Of a DNA stretch of 64,000 nucleotides, positions 1 to 11,990 are shown piece by piece (positions within the stretch are counted from its first letter, which is position 1; every line of letters begins with the position of its first letter). The position numbers and the translations under genes are program-made. The notes beneath the pieces were generated by a model, which was given only the letters and a program-made list of their open reading frames with translations, ran no database searches and was not told the DNA's origin. Source of the stretch: Chiloscyllium plagiosum (taxonomy: Eukaryota); contig NC_057720.1 in NCBI RefSeq assembly GCF_004010195.1, positions 3,381,216-3,445,215 on the forward strand, in the 5' to 3' direction.

Positions 1-134
1 CCACAGCCTATGACCCCCTCCACCCCAGTCCATCCCACTGCCTATGACCCCCTCAACCCCAGTCCATCTCACAGTCTATGACCCCTTCCACCCCAGTTGA
101 TTCTGCAGTCTGTGACCCTCCAGCTACCCACATC
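1..134. repeat. 34-bp minisatellite (~4 copies, may continue off the window start)
   Basis: Units ccacagcctatgaccccctccaccccagtccatc at 1-34, 35-68 and 69-102; degenerate unit at 103-134. Confidence 0.9.
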
Positions 135-1499
135 TCTGCAGCCAGGCCAGCCTGACCCATTAAACAATATTAGACATTTAAAACCTCCCAGATTCAGGAC
201 AAAGTAGAAGGCCATGAACTGAATGCTAGACATTAGTGTAAATGATATCTTGGTCCTGTGGACCTTTAGATCAGCCAACTATTGGAGGCTGTTCAGCTCA
301 TTGAGTCTGTTCTGCAATTAGGTCAGTTTGGACTTCATCTTAACTCCATCCATTCACCTTGACCAAATAAAAACCTATCAGTTTCAGCCTTAGCAATCTC
401 CGTTTCCACCTGACCCCCGGTATTAATAGCTTTTCGTGGATCAGAGTTCGAGATTCCAGTTCCCTTTGCATGAGGAGGTTCTTCCTCACATCACACCTGA
501 ACGGCTTTGCTCTAATTTGAAGATTCGGACCCCCTTGTTTTGATCTTCCCCATCACAGGATACAGTCTTTCAATCACCTTAAGCACATTAATTAAATCAT
601 CCTTTAAATTTCAATTTCTTGACAATTTAACCCTTTGGATCCCAGGAACATCCTGGTAAATCTGCGCTGCGTTATTTTCAAGTTCTGTATTTCCTGGGAG
701 TAATGTCAAAGTTTGAACCTAGTTAATCCAGATGGGATTGGACCAGAAGCCTTTCAGATGTAACCCGATTTCCACCTAACCTTCATTTATGACACAAATG
801 TGGCCTCTGGAATAGTTACTCAGATATAATCTGTCACTGAGTGCCATTGTCTCCAAGGTTTTCCTTGAGGGAGGATGTATTGGGGTGAAATAAAATTTTC
901 TGAATGATTGACCAAGCCGTTCTGTGCAGCTAATATTTTAATGGCTGTGCTGGAACTCAGAGTAGACAGCTTGTTCTAGACAGACATGCGTTAGGTGTGT
1001 GGATGGGCAATGTGGCCCACCCAATGTTAGTTACAACAGCTGCAGCATTTCACATGACTTGATTAAATATTACCAACTGCGTATGTGCCCACCTTTCCCA
1101 TTGTCTGAGTTTACTCTTGTTTATTTGCCTCATGTTTTATTAAATCACATAAACTTGTGGGCTTGTCTCAGTTTTACATTTCATTACCCAGAAAATTCGA
1201 TACCTCATGGTCATTTTCTTCTGTTGAGTAGCAGACTGTAACAAATGTGATGGTTATCAATAGACAAATTGTGGTTTTGTTAATAAAAACTGAAGTGCAT
1301 TAAGCATTTGCCGGACAGTGAAAATCCCTAATGAGTTTAGGAGCAGGAGACAGCAGAGGATTTTTGTGGTATAAAAACAGACTAATTGAGTGAAATGGTC
1401 TGATCCTGGTTTTAAATTCTATGTAACTCTACTGCCCTCCCTATATCCTATTACACATGGAATCAGAGACTTGATGAAATCTAATATAAGGGGTTAAGT

Positions 1500-1790
1500 T
1501 TTTTTATACTCCCTCATGGATTGTAAGAGTCCCTGTCCATTCCTAATCGGGCTGAGTGGCTGGCTGCACTATTTCAGAGGGCAGTTAAGAGTTAACCACA
1601 TTGCCGAGTGTCCGGAGTCATTGGTTGGCCAGGCTGGATAAGGACAGCAGACTTCCTTTCTTAAAAGAGATTAGCAAACACATCAGCGAATGGGATTTTA
1701 TAACAATCAACAGTAGTTTCATGGTGGTCATTAGAATTTTAATTTCAGTTATTTACTGAATTTAAATTCCACCATCTTGGTGACAATGAA
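1500..1790 (-). mobile_element. tRNA-headed SINE with L2-like tail, decayed
   Basis: Reverse-complement similarity to the fuller copy at 36846-37200. Confidence 0.6.
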
Positions 1791-2625
1791 AAAAGAACAG
1801 TTCAGCACAGGAACAGGCCCTTCAGCACCCCCAAGGCTGCACTGACACATAATGCCTTTCTGAACTAAAAGCCTTTTGCTTCGACATGGTCCATATCCCT
1901 CTATTCCCTACCTATTCATTATCTGCCAAGATATCTCTTCAACTTCTATCGCCTCTCCTGGCCATACATGGCAGGTGCTTACCACCATCTGTATATAAAT
2001 CTGGCTTTCGTGTCTTCTTTAAACTTACTCACTTTACCTATGATCCCTAGTAACTGATAATTCTACCCTGAGAAAAAGACTCTGACTATCTATTCCATCA
2101 ATACCTCTCATAATTTTGTAAACTTCTCTCATGTCACCCTCAGTCTCTGACCCTCAAGTAAAAACAAACCAAGTTTGTCCAATCTTTCCCCACAGCTCCA
2201 AATCAGGCAACATCCTGGTAAACCATCTCTGCACCTTTTCCAAAGCCTCCAAATCCTTCGGGTAATGTGGCGACCAGAACTGCACACAGTATTCCAAATG
2301 CTGCAACGTAATTGCCAATTTCTAAACGCTATGTCTCAACTAACGTAGGCAAGCATGCTAAATGCCTTCTTGATCACCTTAACCATTCGCGTTGCTTCTT
2401 TCAGGGAACTGTGGACCTGTATGTCTCAATCCCTCTGTATGTTAATACATCCGAGTGTTATGCCATTTCCTATATGTTTCTGTGCTGCATGAGACCTTCC
2501 AAAATGCATCACTTCACATTTGTTCAGATTAAATTCCATTTGCCATTTCTCCGCCCAAGTCTCCAGCCTACTGATATCTGCTGTATCCTTTAGAAATCCT
2601 CCTCCCTATCTGCAACTCCCCCAGT
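1790..2625 (-). mobile_element. CR1 LINE 3' fragment (older, decayed)
   Basis: Same blocks as other CR1 copies (ggcaacatcctggtaaa, aaattccatttgccat); 3' tail near 1790. Confidence 0.75.
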
Positions 2626-2752
2626 TATGTCATTTGAACCTGTGTCCCCACAGCATTAGCCTGGGCATCTGGATTACTGGTTCACTATGCCACTATCTCC
2701 CTCATGTTTGAATGTGTGATATGGTGATGAGACACGGTATACATTATCACAA

Positions 2753-2868
2753 TAAGGTCTTTTTGGGCATGGTGGTAGAGTCGCTACTTCTGAGCCAGGA
2801 GGCCCTCAGTTCAAGTACCACCTGTTCCAGAGGTGTGTGATAACATCGCTGAACAGGTTAAAACTATC
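2753..2868 (+). mobile_element. Short tRNA-derived SINE with 13-bp TSD
   Basis: A-box-like tggtggtagag and B-box-like gttcaagtacc; flanks tacattatcacaa (2740-2752) and tacatcatcacaa (2869-2881). Confidence 0.65.
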
Positions 2869-3019
2869 TACATCATCACAAGAAATGATACAGTGTCACA
2901 TGATCTTGCTCTATCTTACAATCTTGTGACATGATGAGGCCTTTCCTTAATAAAGTTTGTGCCTTCTTCATTTAGAGGCCAGACTACTGCTTTGATACAG
3001 GTTCAAATGCTACCACAGC

Positions 3020-3285
3020 ATTTAAAAAAAAATTTGCTTATCTGGCGTAGGTGTCACTGGCTGGCCAGCAGTTATTACCCGTCCCTAGTTGCCCTTGAGA
3101 CAACGGTGGTGAGCTGCCTTCTTGAACCACTGCAGTCCATGTGCTGTAGGTAGAGCCAAAATGCCATTAGGGAGAGAGTTCTTGGATTTTGACCCAGTGA
3201 CATGCAAGGAATGGCGTTTATTTCCAGGTCAGGATAGTGAGTGGCTTCAGGGGAACTTGCAGGGGGTGGTGTTCCCATCTTGTAG
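3020..3285 (-). mobile_element. L2-like LINE 3' fragment
   Basis: Similar to 52100-52580 and to the reverse complement of 25200-25560. Confidence 0.6.
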
Positions 3286-3734
3286 AATTTGTATTCAGTT
3301 AATTCAGCGATAATATCTAAAGAGAGAGAAAATAATAGCAGGTTCAGCAGTCTTAAAAGTGGATAAATCCACATGCCCAGATGAGATGTATCCCAGGCTG
3401 TTCAGTGATGCAAGAGAGGAATTATCAGGGGCTTGGCAGTAATTTTCAGATCCTCTCTGGCCAGGAGTGAGGATGAAGGACTGCTGATATTATTCCATTT
3501 GTGATGTAAGGTGCATAATATATATTTAAAATATTTGAATAAGTGGCATATGGGTTTTCGGTTTGTATGAAGGGGTTTGCAATTAACTTTAACTTGTAAG
3601 TATTTTTGTATCTACATTGATAACAGTTAAAACAAGGTGTGAGAAAAGTCTTGCTGGAGAGTAGTGGGAATTTGTTTATATTGGGAGAGTTTACAAGTGA
3701 ACAAAGTAAACAGCATCGGGATATATCACAGCTT

Positions 3735-4290
3735 TGAATGGCAACTGCTCTGCCCAAGATCACAAGAAATTACAGGGAAAGTCTTAATCACATCCCCTAC
3801 ATTTAAGTCCAAATCATTCATATGCACCGTAAACAGCAAAGGTCCCCACACTGAGCCCAGTGGAACCTGACCTCAAATAGATTTTCAGTCACAGAATGCA
3901 GCCCATGAAAACCATCCTTCCTTCCATTGACTCCATCCACACTTCCCGCTACCTTGGGAAAGCAGCCAAGATAATCAGAGACCCTTCCCACCCCGATTAT
4001 GCTCCCTTCCACCGTCTTCCATCGGGCAGTAGATACATAAGTTTGAAAGCATGTACAAACAGATTCAAGAACACCTTCTCCCCTCGCTGTTATCAGACTT
4101 ATGAATGGACCCCTCATATATGAGAAATGATCTTTCTCTACACCTTCTCTTTGGCTGTAACACTATATTCTGCATTATGTCCTATTACCCAAATGTACTT
4201 ATGTAAGGTACGATTTGTCTGGTTAACATACAAAACAATACTTTTCACTGTATCTCTGGGCATGTGACAATAAGCAATCAAATCAATAAG
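3735..4290 (+). mobile_element. Rex1/Babar LINE 3' fragment
   Basis: ORF 3896-4123 (KAAKIIRDPSHP...LPSGSRY...TNRFKNTFSP); tail gtgacaataagcaatcaaatcaat. Confidence 0.85.
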
Positions 4291-4609
4291 GTAGAAGACA
4301 CTGCAATTTTTGGGAGGGCTCAAGGAAACACCCATAATTTGGGAAGCAAAGGTTTCTCTTTAGTTTCAGTTGGGCGGTTCTTAGCTGAAGTTGAATATGT
4401 AAAACAGTCGCTCCTGAGGAAGGGCGAATATTGTTTAAAAACATGTTTTAAAATAGACTACACCTGTGTAAGGAGTTTAGTTTAAGAATTGCAAACCAGA
4501 GGTTTAAACCCCAGATAGGTTACTGGAGGCTGAAGAAGCTTAACTTCAGTTCTGTGACGAATCAAGGAAAAGGCTATCAGATTTATGACTACAGCTAGGT
4601 CAAACCCTA

Positions 4610-6125
4610 TGTCATAGAGTCATAGAGATGTACAGCATGGAAACAGACCCTTCAGTCCAACTCATCCATGCCAACCAGATATCCCAACCCAATCTAGTCC
4701 CACCTGCCAGCACCCGGCCCATATCCAAACCCTTCCTATTCATATACCCATCCAAATGCCTCTTAAATGTTGCAATTGTACCAGCCTCCACCACTTCCTC
4801 TGGCAGCTCATTCCACACCCATACCACCCTCTGTGTGAAAAAGTTAGGTCTCTTTTATATTTTTCCCCTCTTGCCCTAAACCTATGCACGCTAGTTCTGG
4901 AATCCCAGACCCCAGGGAAAAGACTTTGCCCATTTACTCTATCCATGCCCCTCATAATTTTGTAAACCTCCATAAGGTCACCCCTCAGCCTCCGACGCTC
5001 CAGGGAAAACAGCCCTAGCCTATTCAGCCTCTCCCTATAACTCAAATCCTCCAACTCTGGCAACATCCTTGTGAATCTTTTCTGAACCCTTTCAAGTTTC
5101 ACAACATCTTTCTGATAGGAAGGAAACCAGAATTGCACGCAATATTCCAACAGTGGCCTAACCAATGTCCTGTACAGCCGCAACATGACCTCCCAACTCC
5201 TATACTCAATACTCTGACCAATAAANNNNNNNNNNNNNNNNNNNNNNNNNNNNNNNNNNNNNNNNNNNNNNNNNNNNNNNNNNNNNNNNNNNNNNNNNNN
5301 NNNNNNNNNNNNNNNNNNNNNNNNNNNNNNNNNNNNNNNNNNNNNNNNNNNNNNNNNNNNNNNNNNNNNNNNNNNNNNNNNNNNNNNNNNNNNNNNNNNN
5401 NNNNNNNNNNNNNNNNNNNNNNNNNNNNNNNNNNNNNNNNNNNNNNNNNNNNNNNNNNNNNNNNNNNNNNNNNNNNNNNNNNNNNNNNNNNNNNNNNNNN
5501 NNNNNNNNNNNNNNNNNNNNNNNNNNNNNNNNNNNNNNNNNNNNNNNNNNNNNNNNNNNNNNNNNNNNNNNNNNNNNNNNNNNNNNNNNNNNNNNNNNNN
5601 NNNNNNNNNNNNNNNNNNNNNNNNNNNNNNNNNNNNNNNNNNNNNNNNNNNNNNNNNNNNNNNNNNNNNNNNNNNNNNNNNNNNNNNNNNNNNNNNNNNN
5701 NNNNNNNNNNNNNNNNNNNNNNNNNNNNNNNNNNNNNNNNNNNNNNNNNNNNNNNNNNNNNNNNNNNNNNNNNNNNNNNNNNNNNNNNNNNNNNNNNNNN
5801 NNNNNNNNNNNNNNNNNNNNNNNNNNNNNNNNNNNNNNNNNNNNNNNNATACAAACATCTCAGCAAGAGGTCCAGCAATCACTTCTCTAGCTTCCCACAG
5901 AGCTCTCGGGTACACCTGATCAGGTCTGGGGATTTATCCACCTTTACCTGTTTCAAGACATCCAGCAATTCCTCCTCTGTAATCTGGACATTTTACAAGA
6001 TGTCACCATTTAATTCCCTACAGTCGATATCTTCCATATCCTTTTCCACAGTAAATACAGATGCAAAATACTCATTTAGTATCTCCCCCATTTTCTGTGG
6101 CTCCACACAAAGGCTGCCTTGCTGT
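4610..6125 (-). mobile_element. CR1 LINE, 5'-truncated, spans N gap
   Basis: ORF 4740-5915 (LVRPLLEYCVQFW...LERVQKRFTRM); tail gtcatagagtcatagag at the left end. Confidence 0.93.
5226..5848. other. Assembly gap (others at 9852-10575, 30187-30234, 42737-43121)
   Basis: Runs of N, all lying inside or between repeats. Confidence 0.99.
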
Positions 6126-6440
6126 GTAATAGAGAAGTGACTGGGATTTTTGTACTGAATTATTTGTCATTGGGATTAATGGAATTGTATTTTTACTGGA
6201 CATTTCAAAATCTTTAAATGTATTTTTATGTAAATTGTTTGGTCTATTCTATCATATCTCAATTTCTTTTACGTAAGAAGGTTCTATTTTATTGCAAAAC
6301 CCACATCTGCAGTTTTGCATGTTTGTGTTACTGTAAGGGACTGCTCCATTAAAATCACACTAAAAAAATGATCAGTCAAGTCAGATATCAGTTAGGGATT
6401 TGACTTGTCCAGTAATAATATCAGCCAGGATCAAATCATG

Positions 6441-6945
6441 CAATTCAAAAAGGGAGGAAAGTATGGCCCAGGGAATTACAGGTCAATCAATTTAACTGCA
6501 GGGACCTTATCAGAAAGAATTGAGGGGCAACATATATCTGAACTTGGACTCACACAAATTAATCAGGATCGATCAGCATGGATTTGTTGAGGAGGCAACC
6601 AAGAGTGTTGCTAGGGGTAATGCATTTGATATGGTCCCTCATGGCAGACTGGTCAAGAAAGTAAGAGCCCAGGGTATCCAAGGCAAAACGATCCAAAATT
6701 AGCTGAAAGGGAGGAAGCACAGGGTAATAGTAGAAAGTTGTTCCTATGACTGGTAATCAGATTTGGACTTAAATGTATGGGCTGTGATCAAGACTTTCAA
6801 AGATGACACAAAAATTGGTTGGGTGGTCAATAGTTGGGATGGGGAGGGAATCATAAACTGCAGGAGGATATCAGTGGATTGGTCAGATAGGCAGAGCGGT
6901 GGAAAATGGAACTAAACAGGAAAATGTGAGATAATGCACTCGAGG
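6441..6945 (+). mobile_element. Old CR1 RT fragment
   Basis: PGNYRSINL, QHGF and AFDMVPHGRLVKKV motifs in ORFs 6405-6702. Confidence 0.8.
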
Positions 6946-6949
6946 GTTG

Positions 6950-7150
6950 CTGTAAAAACCCACCTCATTCACTAATGTCCTTTAGGAAAGGAAATATGCT
7001 ATTCATACTTGGTCTGGCCTACATGGGAGACCAGACCCAGAGCAATGTGGTTTGATTCTTAACTGCCACTCAGTTCAAGGGCAATTAGGGGATGGAAGAG
7101 AAATATTGACCATGCCAGGGACACCCATATCCCATGAAAGAGCTTTAAAA
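6950..7150 (+). mobile_element. SINE 3' half (same family as 36846-37200)
   Basis: cactaatgtcctttaggaaaggaaat...catatcccatgaaag. Confidence 0.65.
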
Positions 7151-8445
7151 TAATACCATTCTAGGAAATCTCCTCTACATTTTGTCCAAAACCTTAGCAC
7201 TCTTCCAAAAGCCTGATGCCAGTTAGGAACTGAACAAAAGCTGTGAGTGACAATGTTATTGACTAATGCAGGAGGAGCTTCCAGATTGGGGTGGGGAGAG
7301 ATTACCTGCTTTGGATAGGGAAATGCGGGTACTGGATGGGCAGTTATGGGATGCACAGAAAACCTGGGAGTCAGTTCAGCACTTCACAATAGCATTTTGA
7401 AACAACATTTTAACTGAGGTCGCTCATTAGCAAGTAATGTCTGAGATTGCCATCCAACGTGCAGCAGTGAGTGGAATCTCAATCCAGGCTTTAAAGGCAC
7501 AGCTTAAAGATGCAGTTTGGAGGAGATTGGAGTCAAGATTCAGACTAGAGCACATGTTCTCGATTAGAAATGTTTTTTTTCTGGAAATGATTAAATAGAG
7601 ATAGCAGAGCTCTAACTTCCAACAGATGTAGATTTCATGTTTGCCCAGCATGTCACAATAACGTGGTTAAATATACTGACAGAAAACCAATATCAGCTTC
7701 CACACTGCCAGATATTAAATCATCCAAACCGTGGTACCTGTAACCATGTCAACCATCAGCAATGTAGGAAAGCATATCGGCTGTAGATTAAACCCTAAAA
7801 GTAAACAGGCAGATTTTCTTTGGACAAGGTGCTGCAGAGGCGGCTGCTTAATAAGATAAGAGCCCAACATCGTTCACAACAAGATAGGGGCATTGACTGA
7901 CTAGCAAAAGGCGGAGATTGAGGATAAGAAGGTCTTTTTCAGGATTGCAGCTGGTAACAAGTGGGGTTCCACAGGGGTCAGTGTTGTGACCACAACTGTA
8001 CTTGTTACACAACAAGGCATTGTTGCTAAATTTGCAGATGACACAAAAATAGGTTGCGGGCAGGAGGAGGTGGCAGAAGGACTTGGACAGGCTGGGAGAT
8101 TGGGCAAAGAAGTGGCAGATGGAATACAATGTGGGAAAGTGTGAGGTTTTGCACTTTGATAGGAAGAATAGAGGGGGAAAGGTTTTGGAAATCTGAAGCA
8201 CAAAGGGTTTGAGAATCCTAGTTCAGGATTTTCTAATGGCTAACATGCAGGTCCAGTTGGCAGTTAGGTACGCAAATGCAATGTAGACATTCATTTCAAG
8301 AGGGCTAGTATATAAAGCAGAGCCGTGCTGCTGAGGCTATATAAGGCTCTGGTCAGACCGCATTTGGAATATTATGAACAGTTTTGGGAAAAATGTGCTG
8401 GCCTTGAAGGGAGTCCAGAGGAGGCTTACAAGAATGATCCCAAGG

Positions 8446-9305
8446 ATCAGAGTACAATGGGATTTTGATCAGATGGCCCAATGGACCAAGGAATGGCAGA
8501 TGGAGTTTAATTTAGATAAATGGGAGGTGCTGCATTTTAGAAAGGCAAATCAGGACAGGACTTATACACTTAATGGTAAGATCCTGGGGAGTGTTGCTGA
8601 AGAAAGAGACCTTGGAGTGCAAATTCATAGTTTCTTGACAGTGGAGTTGCAGGTAAATAGGACAGTGAAGAATGCATTTGGTATGCTCACCTTTATTGGT
8701 CAGAGTATTGAGTACAGGAGTTGGGAGGTCATGTTGGGAGTACAGGACATTGGTTAGGCCACTGTTGGAATACATGTGCAATTCTGATCTCCTTGCTGTA
8801 GGAAGGATGTTGTAAAACTTGAAAGGGTTCAGAAAAGGTTCATGAGGATATTGCCAGATTTGGAGGGTTTGAGCCATGAATGGAGGCTGAACAGGCTGGG
8901 GCTATTTTTCCTGGATCAAGGGAGGCTGAGGGATAACCTTATAGAGGTTTATAAAATCACGAGGGGCATGGATTGGGTAAATAGGCCTTGTCTATTTTAT
9001 TCCCAGGGTGGGGGAATAAAAACTAGAGGGCATAGATTTAAGGTGAGATGGGTAAGATTTAAAAGGGATCTAAGGGGCAACATTTTCATGCAGAGGGTGA
9101 TATGTGTATGGAAAGAGCTTCTAGAGGAAGTGGTGGAGGCTGGTACAATTACAACATTTAAAAGGCATCTGGATTTGAATAAGGGTTTGGAGCGATATGG
9201 ACCAAATGCTGGCAAATGAGGCTAGATTAATTTAGGATATCTGGTTAGCATAGACAGGTTTGAGTGAAGAACCTGTTTCCATGCTGTATGTCTCTACGAC
9301 TCTAT
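8446..9305 (+). mobile_element. Younger CR1, 5'-truncated
   Basis: ORFs 8374-8757 and 8842-9219 (WQMEFNLDK, ERDLGVQIH); tail tctctacgactcta. Confidence 0.9.
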
Positions 9306-9339
9306 GAAGGGGTTGTCATATGAGGAATGGTTGAGGATT

Positions 9340-10790
9340 AGAGTCATAGAGTCATAGAAATGTACAGCATGGAAACAGACCCTTCGGTCAAACCCATCCA
9401 TGCTGACCAGATATCCCAACCCAATCTTGTCCCACCTGCCAGCACCCGGCCCATATCCCTCCAAACCGTTCCTAATCATATACCCATCCAGATGCCTTTT
9501 AAATGTTGCAATTGTACCAGCCTCCACCACTTCCTTTGGCAGCTCATTCCATACACGTACCACCCTCTGTGTGAAAACGTTGCCCCATATGTCTCTTTTA
9601 TATCTTACCCCTCTTACCATAAATCTATGCCCTCGAGTTCTGGACTCCCCGGCCCCAGGGAAAAAACTTTGTTGATTTATCCTATCCAAGCCCCTCATAA
9701 TTTTGTAAACCTCTATAAGGTCACCCCTTAGCCTCCGACGCTCCAGGGAAAACAGCCCCAGCCTGTACAGCCTCTCCCGGTAGCTCAAATCCTCCAACCC
9801 TGGCAACATCCTTGTAAATCTTTTCTGAACCCTTTCAAGTTTCACAACATCNNNNNNNNNNNNNNNNNNNNNNNNNNNNNNNNNNNNNNNNNNNNNNNNN
9901 NNNNNNNNNNNNNNNNNNNNNNNNNNNNNNNNNNNNNNNNNNNNNNNNNNNNNNNNNNNNNNNNNNNNNNNNNNNNNNNNNNNNNNNNNNNNNNNNNNNN
10001 NNNNNNNNNNNNNNNNNNNNNNNNNNNNNNNNNNNNNNNNNNNNNNNNNNNNNNNNNNNNNNNNNNNNNNNNNNNNNNNNNNNNNNNNNNNNNNNNNNNN
10101 NNNNNNNNNNNNNNNNNNNNNNNNNNNNNNNNNNNNNNNNNNNNNNNNNNNNNNNNNNNNNNNNNNNNNNNNNNNNNNNNNNNNNNNNNNNNNNNNNNNN
10201 NNNNNNNNNNNNNNNNNNNNNNNNNNNNNNNNNNNNNNNNNNNNNNNNNNNNNNNNNNNNNNNNNNNNNNNNNNNNNNNNNNNNNNNNNNNNNNNNNNNN
10301 NNNNNNNNNNNNNNNNNNNNNNNNNNNNNNNNNNNNNNNNNNNNNNNNNNNNNNNNNNNNNNNNNNNNNNNNNNNNNNNNNNNNNNNNNNNNNNNNNNNN
10401 NNNNNNNNNNNNNNNNNNNNNNNNNNNNNNNNNNNNNNNNNNNNNNNNNNNNNNNNNNNNNNNNNNNNNNNNNNNNNNNNNNNNNNNNNNNNNNNNNNNN
10501 NNNNNNNNNNNNNNNNNNNNNNNNNNNNNNNNNNNNNNNNNNNNNNNNNNNNNNNNNNNNNNNNNNNNNNNNNNNACCTCACCTGTGACTATCGATGATA
10601 CAAATATATCAGCAAGAGGTCCAGCAATCACTCCTCTAGCTTCCCACAGAGATCTCGGGTACACCTGATCAGGTCCTGGGGATTTATCCACCTTTATGCA
10701 TTTCAAGACAGCCAGCACTTCCTCCTCTGTAATCTGGTCATTTTGCAAGATGTCACCATCTATTTCACTACTTTCTATATCTTCCATAGA
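9340..10790 (-). mobile_element. Young CR1, 5'-truncated, spans N gap
   Basis: ORF 9294-10808 (KVDKSPGPDQVYPR...LERVQKRFTRM); tail tagagtcatagagtcatag. Confidence 0.93.
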
Positions 10791-10884
10791 TTCTGCGTCT
10801 ATAACCAACGGAGTTTATAAGAATGAGGGGGGATCTCATTGACACTTACAGAACACTGAGAGACCTGGATAGTGTGCTGTCTCC

Positions 10885-11382
10885 CGGTGAAAGCTGGAGG
10901 AACAAAACCCTACCTTCCACCTCGGTATGTTACAGCTCTCAGCACTCAATATTGAGTTTAACCATTTCACAGCATGAACTAATCCCACCATATTCACTCC
11001 CCACCCCACTTCTTCAAGGGCCAGTTCTGTATGAATTGCGTCCAGCACAGGCAACCCGTTTTCAAGTATTCCCAGTTCCTGTTATCAGCCATCCAAAATT
11101 TACTGCTATCAGCAATCTCCTTGTCTTTCTGCTTCCCTTTCTCCCTCTCTCTCTGGGCACTTTCCCCATCTATTCAACTCATTCCTTCATGCCCTAAAAC
11201 ACCTGCCCCCATCATCAGCATAAATACAATCATTTCCCATCTGCTTTTAGTTCTGACGAAGGATCACTGGACTTAAAATGTTAATTCTTTTTTGCTGCAC
11301 AGATGCTGCTCGACCTGCTGTGTTTCTCCAGCATTTGCTGTTTTTTTCAGACTTGCAGCATCTGCAGATTTTTATTTTATTA
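10885..11382 (+). mobile_element. Penelope-like element 3' end (GIY-YIG C-terminus, pyrimidine-rich UTR, decayed hammerhead); family C
   Basis: Translates KLEEQNPTFHLGMLQLSALNIEFNHF*, resembling the PLE endonuclease end LGTLxPxGLN; ctgacgaaggatcactggacttaaaatgtt at ~11253. Confidence 0.7.
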
Positions 11383-11439
11383 CAATGAATGTTGGCTCAA
11401 CCAGCGACACACATGTCCAGTGAATGAATAATCAAACCA

Positions 11440-11990
11440 TGTATGCTAAGTAAGAGAAAAGGCTGAAGAGTTTCTGCTTTTGCTGTCTCAGACATATCCT
11501 ACATCTCTTGACAGAACAGGGTCACTAACTCAGAGATCCTGGAGTATGTTAATTCCATCAGTGTCTACTTCTTGCTAAGCCAACAATGTCTGCATTGGCT
11601 TGGCCACCCGAATCAGATGGTGACAACTGTTTAGCCCAAACACCTTTGACTTGGTGAATTGCCTATTGGGTCACACTTTTTTGTGTCTATCCCCACTACA
11701 AGGATGACTGTAGGTGAGATATGAAGATGGCAGGCTCTGACATTCTCACCTGGGAGACAGTCACTGATGGCTATGACACCCGGAGGCTGACTGTTTGGAC
11801 GGCCATTGGACAAGGTGAGCACAAACAAAAGGCTCAGCTGGCCACGAAGAGGGCCCATAGAAACCAGGGGCCAGTGAATCCTGCACCCTCTCAGCCAACT
11901 GTCTCCCTCTGTACCAGTGTGCCAGACACTGCCAGATCAGACACAAGGTGATGTTTCGTGTAAAGTTGATGACCACGGGGCAAACCATCT
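11440..11990 (+). mobile_element. RTE-clade LINE C-terminal remnant
   Basis: Across stops and frameshifts reads CLRHILHIS..NRVTNSEILE..LLSQQCLHWLGH..GELPIG..YKDDC..WETV. Confidence 0.8.

Larger units (their letters stand above)
3500..6440. mobile_element. Putative solo-LTR-like insert splitting an old CR1; itself interrupted by Rex1 and CR1 copies
   Basis: Old + strand CR1 (3300-3499, DKS.CPDEMYPRL-like) resumes at ~6441 (FKKGGKYGPGNYRSINL); the intervening sequence starts TGTGATG; no clean TSD seen. Confidence 0.4.
7815..10885 (+). mobile_element. Old CR1 (pieces 7815-8445, 9306-9340, 10810-10885) interrupted by two younger CR1 copies
   Basis: GVPQGSV and KFADDTK motifs; collinear continuation after each insert. 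Confidence 0.75.

Noticed and set aside
1..134. 34-bp repeats (also 35-bp at ~13456-13525 and 45-bp at 39047-39136) as CRISPR-like arrays
   Set aside because: They are head-to-tail with no unique spacers, have no cas genes nearby and lie in a vertebrate context
4740..10808. Long ORFs of 250-500 aa (also 42509-43368)
   Set aside because: Their length comes from N runs translated as X; the real parts are CR1 fragments
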